DNA of 20,000 bases, taken from the IMG/VR virus record IMGVR_UViG_3300007346_000024, one strand, 5' to 3'. This DNA comes from an uncultured virus (IMG/VR IMGVR_UViG_3300007346_000024). Taxonomy: Duplodnaviria; Heunggongvirae; Uroviricota; Caudoviricetes. Shown here one piece after another: positions 1-7,376 of this stretch. Made by a program: the position numbers and the translations under genes. The stretch's first letter is position 1; every line of letters starts with the position of its first letter. The notes beneath the pieces were generated by a model that worked only from the letters and a program-made list of their open reading frames with translations, was not told where the DNA came from and ran no database searches.

Positions 1-1566
1 TTTCTTAAGTGTGTCAGTCCACGAAATCAAACCTTGCAATCTTGTAGCCCCTTCAACCTCAACAACCATAGATTGATAAGCGTCTCTTAGTTTTTCAGAA
101 ATATCATCAGACACAGCGTCATAACTTCCGAAAGTATCAATCAATTGCTCAATTTCACCCCTTAAAGACTGACTCTGTCTTTCTGACTGCTTAACATCTT
201 TTCCAATGTTCTCAGGTTGTAAAATATCAGATGTAAGGCAATCAAAAAGCCTTTCCGAAGTATCAAAAACCTCTCCTTTAGCAGACAGGTCTTCAAAGTT
301 GTCTTCTAAAACTTTATAAAGAGATGTGAATTTCTTTTCATTATTCCACTCTCCTTTAGAAGCGTTAGCTTGCATTACATTCTGAATAAACAAGTTTCCT
401 ACTAAGTCATTTTTGTTCATCAACTTAGGAAGGAAGTTATATTGCCATTGAAGGTTTATCTCATCAATTTTCTGAACCAAGCTACTATCTATGATGTAAT
501 CTCCTTGCTCAATACCTCTATCAATCATAGCGTCCTTAACGCTTTTGATGCAAGATTCAATATTGCTTTGCTCTAAATTGATTTGAGAACGTCTCCAAAT
601 AAGTAAATCTTCAGCAATCACCTGAACGAATCTTCTAAATAAAGCTTCCTCGATATTTTCAGTTTTATTAGCGATAGCCATAACTCTAGTATCAAGAACG
701 CTTTGCTTATTATCAAGCTGAATATTAAGCTCATCAATTATACTCTGATAACCTCCTTTATTTCCTTTTACTTTTGAAGGAACTCCAATACCCTTTCCAT
801 CATTAACGTCAATCATTCTAAAGTTCTTCAAAGTTCTTTCACGAACAATATGAAGTAACGGAGCGAATTTGTCTTTATCGTATTTTTCAACCTTGTCAAT
901 CTCATCTAAGATTAACCAATAATTACCGTAACCTAACACTGTTGTAAGGTAAGCACAAAAGTCTTTTAAATCATCTCTGAAATACTCATCAGGAACTTGC
1001 TCTCCACCTTCGTTTTCATCCCTTTTCTCTAAATGCTTAAACATTGGAAAAGGTTTCGAGTTTAAAGTTACTTGTTTTCCTGTGTCTTCGTTATGCTCAA
1101 CAAGTATAGCCGATTTTTCCAACTTCCCATCAGCTAGAATATCTTTTTCATCTCCCCATTTCAAGTAAGATAAACCATTTAAAAGCTGCTCTAATTTTAG
1201 GTAAGAAGCATCAAAATCACCATCATAGTAATTCTTGATGAATTTTTCAAAAATAGCTCTACCATTAGAAACTGACTGACTAATAACTTCTGCATTTGGA
1301 AACCAATAAGGCTTTAAGTATTCAAGAATATCGCTTTTACCGTCCCCTCTTTCCGTTAATTTAGGAACACCCTCGATATTCTCTGACTTCTCAGAACCGA
1401 TATACAATAATGAGTGTGTGATATTCCATTTCTTAGTAATATCAATAAGCGTATATGATTTACCAATTGAAGACTTTCCTAATGTCAAAACAGGAATGTC
1501 GTACCTGATTAACTGTAGAACGGTCTTAATCGTTAAGTTACCGTCAAATGTCTGTTCGTTAGCCAT
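1..1566 (-). CDS. MoxR-like AAA+ ATPase (3' end runs off the window; not in the ORF track)
   Basis: Hand translation from ATG at 1566 gives 522 open codons: MANEQTFDGNLTIKTVLQLIRYDIPVLTLGKSSIGKSY... Walker A GKSSIGKS (aa 30-37), PYWFP, Walker B WLILDEIDK (aa 217-225), sensor I VMAIAN, arginine finger ALFRRF. Confidence 0.85.
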   Translation of the reverse strand, partial: MANEQTFDGNLTIKTVLQLIRYDIPVLTLGKSSIGKSYTLIDITKKWNITHSLLYIGSEKSENIEGVPKLTERGDGKSDILEYLKPYWFPNAEVISQSVSNGRAIFEKFIKNYYDGDFDASYLKLEQLLNGLSYLKWGDEKDILADGKLEKSAILVEHNEDTGKQVTLNSKPFPMFKHLEKRDENEGGEQVPDEYFRDDLKDFCAYLTTVLGYGNYWLILDEIDKVEKYDKDKFAPLLHIVRERTLKNFRMIDVNDGKGIGVPSKVKGNKGGYQSIIDELNIQLDNKQSVLDTRVMAIANKTENIEEALFRRFVQVIAEDLLIWRRSQINLEQSNIESCIKSVKDAMIDRGIEQGDYIIDSSLVQKIDEINLQWQYNFLPKLMNKNDLVGNLFIQNVMQANASKGEWNNEKKFTSLYKVLEDNFEDLSAKGEVFDTSERLFDCLTSDILQPENIGKDVKQSERQSQSLRGEIEQLIDTFGSYDAVSDDISEKLRDAYQSMVVEVEGATRLQGLISWTDTLKK

Positions 1567-1694
1567 TTCTTAATAAATTGAATTGTTATTTTAAATCTTA
1601 TTCCTGTTTATGTTTGAAAATTTATTTTTTAAAATATAAATTATTTCATCAAACATTTTGTTTTTCTTTAGCATTCTTTTAAACACCGAACTGT

Positions 1695-1729
1695 TGCAAA
1701 GATAATAAATAGACGCTGAGGTTCTACAA
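1695..1729 (-). promoter_or_regulatory. Bacteroidota sigma-A type promoter for the AAA ATPase
   Basis: Minus-strand TATCTTTGCA (1695-1704) fits the TAnnTTTG -7 element; TTG lies 22 nt upstream (1727-1729). Confidence 0.6.
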
Positions 1730-1754
1730 TCTATTAACAACCTTGTTCTTAAAT

Positions 1755-3581
1755 TCAAGATATAGCTATCGTTTCTAGTAAATCTAGCTCGTCTTTAAGC
1801 TGCTTAATATCTTCTTTTGAGGCGTATGTAGTGTCTGAAAGAAGTAATTTTATTGTTTCTATTTCATTTTTAATTTGAATCAAGTCTTCATCATCAGAAT
1901 CCTCGTCAGTTGAAAACAAATCCATCTGAGCCTCTTCTGCCTCTTCCGTAAGAACCGCTCCTTTATCTAAAATAGACTCGTAAAGCTCTCTAATAGATTT
2001 AACTTTAAAAAACCCTTCTTCTTTAAGCCAATATTCAAGCTCGAAGAAACCATCTCTTGTAAAGAATAAATACTTAACAATATCCTCCTCTTTAGCATCG
2101 CTTAAAATATCTACAACATTAGAATCATTGCTTTGCTCATAAAAAGCCATTAAGTTCTCGTAGCTTTTAATACCCGCTCTTTCAAAATCTCTCCTTGTTT
2201 CTCTAGGAGCAGCTTTAAGGTAGTCTTTTAGCTCTTTATCGTTTGTTATGTCTTCGTTCTCAACTATGTAGTCTATATCGTTTGAAAATGTATGTACAAA
2301 ATCTTTAACATCAATCTGATAAACCGACTCGGTCACATCTCCTTCTTTGCTTGTAGCGTCTATTAAATAGTCAAGCATCTTAACTTCATTCTTTGAAAGC
2401 TTTTCTTCGTCAATCCTATCTGTTATTATCCAATTATAGATTCTAAACAGATTAGACCTGTTTCTTTCATTCATTGACTTGCTAAGGTCTGATTTCTTCC
2501 ATTGGTTAAAATAACCAACTTCACCACCTTTACGCATGATAATATCAGGGTTATTAGGGTCGTACATTCCTGAATTACCAATAGCTGATTTTATATGAGT
2601 AGGCTCAAAAACTATATAATGAAGGTCTCCATACTCAATACCTTCCATAGGCATCCCGTTTTTCCTACCCTGACCAAATTCATTGTAAGCATCCTGAATT
2701 ATACCATCAAAACCATAGTCTTCTAATCCTTCTCTGATTATCTCAGAATTAACAAGCTCACCTTCATCATTAGTAGCGTAAAGCATCGTCTCTTTTAAAG
2801 CATTAAAAAAGTCTTTTGGAGTCATTCTAGCCTCCTCATCAGTAAACTTGTTTTTCAATGTCTCAAGTTCTTCAATATTTACATCGTTATAAGAATTAGA
2901 TGCTGATACTATCTTGTCAATAATATCAATCGCGTTGCCCTCTATTTCAGGGTTGTAGTCATCATAGTATTTTTCACGCTTAAGGTCTTCTATAGCATCC
3001 TCATACTCCCAATCCTCATCGTAATCACCCCTATCTATCTCTCCCTTAGCCTCATCCTCATAATACTCCCAATCAATCTCAGCAAATATTGTTTCTTCAT
3101 CTGAAGACATGTCAAAAGGATTTTCCATTTTTATAAAAGCAGGTATAACAGCTCCGTCATGCTCTCCTTTTAGTTTTTTAGTGGCTAATCTTTTTGAAAG
3201 GGTTTCTAGAAGCTCTTCGTTATCTCCGTTTTCAATCTCTTCAGCAACAGAAATATCTATATCGAATAAATCAACAAGCTCATTAGCATCCATGTTTTCA
3301 GCTTGAGATTTTATTTGGTCTGACTTTCCTTCAATATTATTAGTAAGGTCAGCTCCTATTCCCGCATAATTAATACTCGCATCATCCGCTGAAGTTGTGA
3401 AGTAGTAACCTATACCTACAGCGTTACCGATAGTACCTCTATCAGGTTCAAAGCTATCGAAATCATGAGTCGTCCCATGATAAACAACTAAAGGCTCCCC
3501 ATCTTCATCTACAACTTTACTTTCTCCAAACCAACGCTTAAAATTAGCGTTGTCCAACATTGATTTATTCATATTATTCAT
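1755..3581 (-). CDS. ADP-ribosyltransferase-like (ART-PolyVal-type) protein with acidic insertions and an unknown C-terminal domain
   Basis: FKRWFGESKVVDEDGEPLVVYHGT, GYYFT, GFDGII, YIVFEPTHIKSAIGNSGMYDPNNPDI are characteristic of the ART domain of phage/plasmid polyvalent proteins. Confidence 0.75.
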   Translation of the reverse strand: MNNMNKSMLDNANFKRWFGESKVVDEDGEPLVVYHGTTHDFDSFEPDRGTIGNAVGIGYYFTTSADDASINYAGIGADLTNNIEGKSDQIKSQAENMDANELVDLFDIDISVAEEIENGDNEELLETLSKRLATKKLKGEHDGAVIPAFIKMENPFDMSSDEETIFAEIDWEYYEDEAKGEIDRGDYDEDWEYEDAIEDLKREKYYDDYNPEIEGNAIDIIDKIVSASNSYNDVNIEELETLKNKFTDEEARMTPKDFFNALKETMLYATNDEGELVNSEIIREGLEDYGFDGIIQDAYNEFGQGRKNGMPMEGIEYGDLHYIVFEPTHIKSAIGNSGMYDPNNPDIIMRKGGEVGYFNQWKKSDLSKSMNERNRSNLFRIYNWIITDRIDEEKLSKNEVKMLDYLIDATSKEGDVTESVYQIDVKDFVHTFSNDIDYIVENEDITNDKELKDYLKAAPRETRRDFERAGIKSYENLMAFYEQSNDSNVVDILSDAKEEDIVKYLFFTRDGFFELEYWLKEEGFFKVKSIRELYESILDKGAVLTEEAEEAQMDLFSTDEDSDDEDLIQIKNEIETIKLLLSDTTYASKEDIKQLKDELDLLETIAIS

Positions 3582-4014
3582 TTTCTAAGTCAACTATCAA
3601 AAGTTCAAATTCATTCGGGCTTAATATCTCGTAAACCTCATCAAAATAAACTTGTTTACGATTCATACACGCATATGAATTTATGTACTCACCCTTATCT
3701 AATTCACCCTTGAAAAAGTTAGTGAAATTAGTATTATGATACCTGTAAATGGAGTTATCTCCATGATATTCTAAGTCAAAACCTTTTTGATATTCTTTAA
3801 AAGCATCGAACAATAGAATCTTAGCACTTCTGTAGTTGATGATAACTTTATAAATATAGCCCGACTTGTGCTTTCTGCTCACCATGAATGGGTCGCTAAA
3901 AAGTTCGGGAATCCATCCTATTGAGTCCCAATCGTATTTTTCAAATACCTCGTTACTATGAAAATAAAACGATTCCATTACCAATTTAAGAAGCTCAATT
4001 CTTCTATAAACCAA
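3574..4014 (-). CDS. hypothetical protein (start may be the internal Met near 3978)
   Basis: 146-aa ORF tightly packed between its neighbours; the internal MESFY start would couple to the upstream stop. Confidence 0.6.
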   Translation of the reverse strand: MVYRRIELLKLVMESFYFHSNEVFEKYDWDSIGWIPELFSDPFMVSRKHKSGYIYKVIINYRSAKILLFDAFKEYQKGFDLEYHGDNSIYRYHNTNFTNFFKGELDKGEYINSYACMNRKQVYFDEVYEILSPNEFELLIVDLENE

Positions 4015-4673
4015 TTAGAGATTAAACCTCCTTTCGACATTCCTTTTTTACCCTCTAAAGGACAAGCTATAACAGCTTTAACTCCCGATTTTAAAGATAT
4101 AGTCCTAAACGAGTTTTTAACGTAAGAATCAGGGTTATTTTGTCTAATTCTATACGAGTCTTTGTACTCAGTAATTTTACCATATCTAAAATCATGGTCT
4201 TTAGCCCACATTCTAGATTGCTGTTTGTTAAATGCTGATTTATGGAATATAAGTGTTTGAATTTCAGTACCTACAGGACAAACAAAACCTCCGTCTTTGA
4301 AATAAACGCTTTCATTCTCAACTCTACAAGATTTCTCACCTTGCATTTCATTAAGAATTTCCGATATTGTTCCTTTTCTATCTCTTTTAGAGTCATCAAG
4401 AACAACCATTTTACAAACAATAAAATCACCTGTATTCATTGCCTCTTGATTAAGCTCACAAACATAGCTAGTATAGATTTCGTCCAAAACCTCTTTATTG
4501 GTCATGGATTTAAAATCATACTCTTTATTTGAGTTGTAAGCCTCTCGGCAAATGTAGTATTCGTCTCCCTCTATCTCTATCTTTCTTCCCGTTTCAACTA
4601 TTTCAGAAGGAATACCTCCTAAAGAATGGGGCTTCCCTATAAAAAGCCCCTTTGTATCCTTTTTTTTAGGCAT
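3978..4673 (-). CDS. two-domain phage protein, probably virion/head-associated
   Basis: N-terminal GKPHSLGGI...EIEGDEYYI motif, of a type seen in phage structural proteins. C-terminal IQTLIFHK...WAKDHDF...YRIRQ..P..FRT...GVKAVIA module. xxGG motifs at the domain boundaries. Confidence 0.6.
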   Translation of the reverse strand: MPKKKDTKGLFIGKPHSLGGIPSEIVETGRKIEIEGDEYYICREAYNSNKEYDFKSMTNKEVLDEIYTSYVCELNQEAMNTGDFIVCKMVVLDDSKRDRKGTISEILNEMQGEKSCRVENESVYFKDGGFVCPVGTEIQTLIFHKSAFNKQQSRMWAKDHDFRYGKITEYKDSYRIRQNNPDSYVKNSFRTISLKSGVKAVIACPLEGKKGMSKGGLISNWFIEELSFLNW

Positions 4674-4674
4674 A

Positions 4675-4974
4675 TTAAAGACCTACAGATAAAGTGTCAG
4701 AGTCCCAACCATCAGCACTAGCCATTTCTGACTTAGCAACAACTTCTTCAACAGTCTTAACATCATAAGCCGTGTCTCCTAATTCTTCAGCCATTGCTTC
4801 ACCTTCAAGAGTCTCTTCCTCAGAAACACCTTCAGTTACAGCAGCTAAATCTGAACCTGAAACAACACCTTTGATTGCTTCTACCTTCTCTTCGTTTGCT
4901 TCTTTCTTTGTTAGGTGGTCATAAAGCAAATAAGCACCAACTCCGACAAGAGCAACTTTTAATACATTTTTCAT
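4675..4974 (-). CDS. small protein with N-terminal membrane anchor and acidic tail
   Basis: MKNVLKVALVGVGAYLLYDHL hydrophobic helix followed by an E/D-rich region. Confidence 0.75.
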   Translation of the reverse strand: MKNVLKVALVGVGAYLLYDHLTKKEANEEKVEAIKGVVSGSDLAAVTEGVSEEETLEGEAMAEELGDTAYDVKTVEEVVAKSEMASADGWDSDTLSVGL

Positions 4975-5015
4975 ATTACCTTTTTTGAAACGTTTAAAAA
5001 AAATAGTTTATAAAA

Positions 5016-5045
5016 CAAAAGTACAATCATTTTTTTTTACTTTTG
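5016..5045. promoter_or_regulatory. back-to-back divergent promoters with identical TACTTTTG -7 elements
   Basis: CAAAAGTA at 5016-5023 (TACTTTTG on minus) and TACTTTTG at 5038-5045 (plus), between divergent genes 4974(-) and 5081(+). Confidence 0.65.
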
Positions 5046-5080
5046 ATTTTCAAGTATTTAATTTTTAAAAACAATTCACT

Positions 5081-5503
5081 ATGGCTATTAAAGGAAAGAA
5101 GATTTCTGAAGAGTTAAAAAAGGAAGCAAAAAAATTCAAAATCACTTTAACTGAGGTTAAAAAGGGTGAAAGAACTTACAAGACCGAAGCTAAATTAAGA
5201 AAGGAAATTGAAAAAGCTGTAAGCAAGTCTGAAAACGTTGCTAAAGCTAAAGAGGTTGAAACACCTATTAAGAAAGAAGAAACTAAAGAGTCTAACAAAA
5301 CTTCAAAATTAGACGATTCTAAAGTTAAATCTTTTCATTCAAACGTAATGAGTACTAGCAGAAACGCTAATCAGTTAGTTAATTTTGCTAACAAAACATT
5401 CAGTGGTCTTGATGTTAAAGTGGACAAGCTAAACCCTAAGCAAGTTAGGTTTATTGTTGAAGGAACAATGATTCCTGAAGAAGGTTATTATACTACGAAG
5501 TAG
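5081..5503 (+). CDS. Lys-rich hypothetical protein (only convincing plus-strand CDS)
   Basis: 140-aa ORF with its own promoter and terminator; K/E-rich N-terminus. Confidence 0.85.
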   Translation: MAIKGKKISEELKKEAKKFKITLTEVKKGERTYKTEAKLRKEIEKAVSKSENVAKAKEVETPIKKEETKESNKTSKLDDSKVKSFHSNVMSTSRNANQLVNFANKTFSGLDVKVDKLNPKQVRFIVEGTMIPEEGYYTTK

Positions 5504-5516
5504 TAGTTCAATACAT

Positions 5517-5550
5517 AAAAAAAGAGAGCCTGATTTTTTCAGGCTTTTTT
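5517..5550. terminator. intrinsic terminator, possibly bidirectional
   Basis: AGCCTGA-ttttt-TCAGGCT stem followed by a T-tract, with an A-rich tract upstream. Confidence 0.8.
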
Positions 5551-5562
5551 GTGATTAAATTC

Positions 5563-5591
5563 TTGTTTTTAAAATATAATAACTATATTCG
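5563..5591 (+). promoter_or_regulatory. putative promoter of sRNA-1
   Basis: TTG (5563-5565), 18 nt, TATATTCG (5584-5591): one mismatch to TTG-N17-23-TAnnTTTG. No ORF downstream. Confidence 0.55.
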
Positions 5592-5698
5592 TAAGCGTTC
5601 TTACAGTTTGAAATTAATAGATACTTAGCAACGACATAGCTTGTGTGTTGAATTCTATTTTCGTTGCTATAGCCCCCTTCTTGGGGGCTTCTCATTTT
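5591..5698 (+). ncRNA. candidate trans-acting antisense sRNA-1
   Basis: Stem TAGCAACGA (5626-5634)/TCGTTGCTA (5661-5669) with 26-nt loop CATAGCTTGTGTGTTGAATTCTATTT, then hairpin AGCCCCC/GGGGGCT (5671-5689) plus TCTCATTTT. The loop is complementary to start regions of several minus-strand genes. Confidence 0.6.
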
Positions 5699-6116
5699 AA
5701 GAATATTCAAAGAATCCTAAATCAGTAATGCCACCGACTACTTTAGAACCCTTTTTTATATTTTTTGAGAAATCCACCTTCCCTTTAGGTATTTTTATCT
5801 TAGTCTCACTACCGTAGCTTATCCTAGATAGTCTTTCAGATGTGTTTATCTTCATCTCATTTCCTATAAAAGACTTTAGCTTACTCTTATTACTTAAAGA
5901 TAGTTGATTTACAGAAACCTTACCTATTGGGGAATCTATTTCTGTTTTAATAAAAACCCTTGTAGAAGGAATTCTGTAATGATTCTTAATCTTTCCGAAT
6001 ATAGGGCAATATTGATTATGAGAGTCTAGTAAATTAGATTTTATAGTAATCTGAAGGTCATTTTCACCTTCTCTTATTTTTGTAACTATACCTGATGATG
6101 GGCTTTTTATGTTCAT
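5697..6116 (-). CDS. psd: phosphatidylserine decarboxylase-like protein (divergent); true start probably ATG 6116 rather than 6194
   Basis: SPSSGIV (compare SPADG), DSHNQYCP (compare xVHxNRxP), ISYGSETKIKIP (compare FGSRVDxxxP autocleavage motif), KGSKVVGGIT (compare GxKVxAGET). A perfect promoter element at 6136-6145 lies inside the longer ORF call. Confidence 0.65.
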   Translation of the reverse strand: MNIKSPSSGIVTKIREGENDLQITIKSNLLDSHNQYCPIFGKIKNHYRIPSTRVFIKTEIDSPIGKVSVNQLSLSNKSKLKSFIGNEMKINTSERLSRISYGSETKIKIPKGKVDFSKNIKKGSKVVGGITDLGFFEYS

Positions 6117-6135
6117 TGCTTTTTTTAAATTCTGA

Positions 6136-6145
6136 TGCAAAGGTA
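6136..6145 (-). promoter_or_regulatory. Bacteroidota -7 promoter element for the psd-like gene
   Basis: Minus-strand TACCTTTGCA about 20 nt upstream of ATG 6116. Confidence 0.7.
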
Positions 6146-6189
6146 TCGCTTTTTTAAAGGAATAATTAATTAATTTTATGATTGCACTC

Positions 6190-6283
6190 GCCATAGTGTA
6201 TTTTCATTGTAGTATTATTTATTTTGGTTAATAATTCACTTACTACAAATTAGCCCATTAGCTTTACGCTTTTGGGCTTTTTT
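6190..6283 (+). ncRNA. candidate trans-acting antisense sRNA-2
   Basis: TATGATTGCA -7-like element (6177-6186); stem TTGTAGTA (6207-6214)/TACTACAA (6241-6248) with 26-nt loop; terminator AGCCCA...TGGGCT-TTTTT (6252-6283). 6213-6232 is identical to 17082-17101. Confidence 0.6.
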
Positions 6284-6294
6284 ACTTAGATTAA

Positions 6295-6355
6295 ATAGAA
6301 TGCCGCCTGAAAAACAGGCAGCAACTCTATCGTGGTAGGTATGTGCATTGCACAT
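6295..6355 (-). terminator. hairpins at the 3' end of the SSAP-like gene (terminator or structured 3' UTR)
   Basis: ATAGA-a-TGCcGCCTG-aaaaa-CAGGCaGCA-ac-TCTAT extended stem, plus ATGTGC-att-GCACAT (6341-6355). Confidence 0.5.
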
Positions 6356-6365
6356 GGACGGAAAT

Positions 6366-7274
6366 TTATTGTTGGTTTTTTCTAGGTCTACCTCTACCCC
6401 TCTTAACAGGATTTTCAGGCAAATCCTTTTCTATTACTTCAGTCTCTTCTTTATTTAGACTTGAAAACATATCTCTAGTACCTGAGTTAGTTTTTTTAGC
6501 AATATCCGTAGACTCTTCGATGTCTTTAGCTTTTTCTTCAGAATCCTTTAGGAAATTAGATAAGAATGAAGTGTCCGTAGAAGACTCAATCTTTTCTTCA
6601 CTAACCTCAACATTTGCAATATCGCTAAAAGAACTTTTCTTTTGGATTTTAGCTTTTGGAAAAAGGTCGAAAATAGCAGCGTCACCATCATCAACAGCGT
6701 TTTTAAATCCTATAAGGAGTATTACAGACGAATCATCCCAAACACCCTTGTCAGGAGAAAACTTTTTAAGCATATCTCCCTCAGAAATACCTTTTGCTTT
6801 AAAGAAGTTTATATACCCTTTCCAAGTGTCATCTTGAACATTATCATTGATAAATGATTTAATCTTGTTGATTATAGGGTTGATATAAGACGTTGGAATA
6901 GCTTTCAACACAGCATTTCTAAAAGCAATACTACAAGCAGCAGAACTTACCTTTTGAAGCTCTTCACCGCTCATAGGTAAATTATTATACTTAACAATGC
7001 TTCTTAATATTTCAATCTCAAAAGTTGAGTTTTTCTGAATGTCGTTTACAAATCCTTTTACGTAAATATACTTGCCGTCATTCTTAGTTATAGTAGCACC
7101 TGTTTTAATATTGCCCCAAGTACTAGCTATAATTTCAGCAAGACGAACACTAACTCCCGTGAAAGGTTTTCCATCACTGAAATTAACATAAAAACAGCTT
7201 ATTGCTGAATCTATATCCATTGTGGAAAGCTCTAAAATCTCCTCAAGATTTTCTTTGATGTTTCTCTTTTGCAT
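6366..7274 (-). CDS. putative single-strand annealing/recombination protein with C-terminal AT-hook; start probably ATG 7274
   Basis: SVRLAEIIASTWGNI...AACSIAFRNAVLKAIP resembles a widespread phage family found near exonucleases; acidic linker; KRGRGRPRK tail. The track start at 7298 is TTG, while ATG 7274 carries the ACACAAGCT leader. Confidence 0.55.
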   Translation of the reverse strand: MQKRNIKENLEEILELSTMDIDSAISCFYVNFSDGKPFTGVSVRLAEIIASTWGNIKTGATITKNDGKYIYVKGFVNDIQKNSTFEIEILRSIVKYNNLPMSGEELQKVSSAACSIAFRNAVLKAIPTSYINPIINKIKSFINDNVQDDTWKGYINFFKAKGISEGDMLKKFSPDKGVWDDSSVILLIGFKNAVDDGDAAIFDLFPKAKIQKKSSFSDIANVEVSEEKIESSTDTSFLSNFLKDSEEKAKDIEESTDIAKKTNSGTRDMFSSLNKEETEVIEKDLPENPVKRGRGRPRKNQQ

Positions 7275-7376
7275 AGCTTGTGTTATTGTGTTGTTCAAAT
7301 ATATACAGTCCCGATTAAAAAAACAATATTTTTTGAAAAAATTGTGTTTTTATTAAAATAGTTCGCATTAGCTTCG

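Noticed and set aside
920..1296. Insertion in the AAA ATPase as an intein
   Set aside because: No N-terminal C/S splice block, no His-Asn C-terminal junction and no LAGLIDADG motifs.
5614..5637. Minus-strand micro-ORF MSLLSIY behind the ACACAAGCT motif
   Set aside because: Only 7 codons, and promoter and terminator polarity favour a plus-strand RNA. Kept only as an alternative explanation.
6117..6194. N-terminal extension of the psd-like ORF
   Set aside because: It contains a perfect TACCTTTGCA promoter element and overlaps the sRNA-2 promoter; recognisable similarity starts at MNIKSP.
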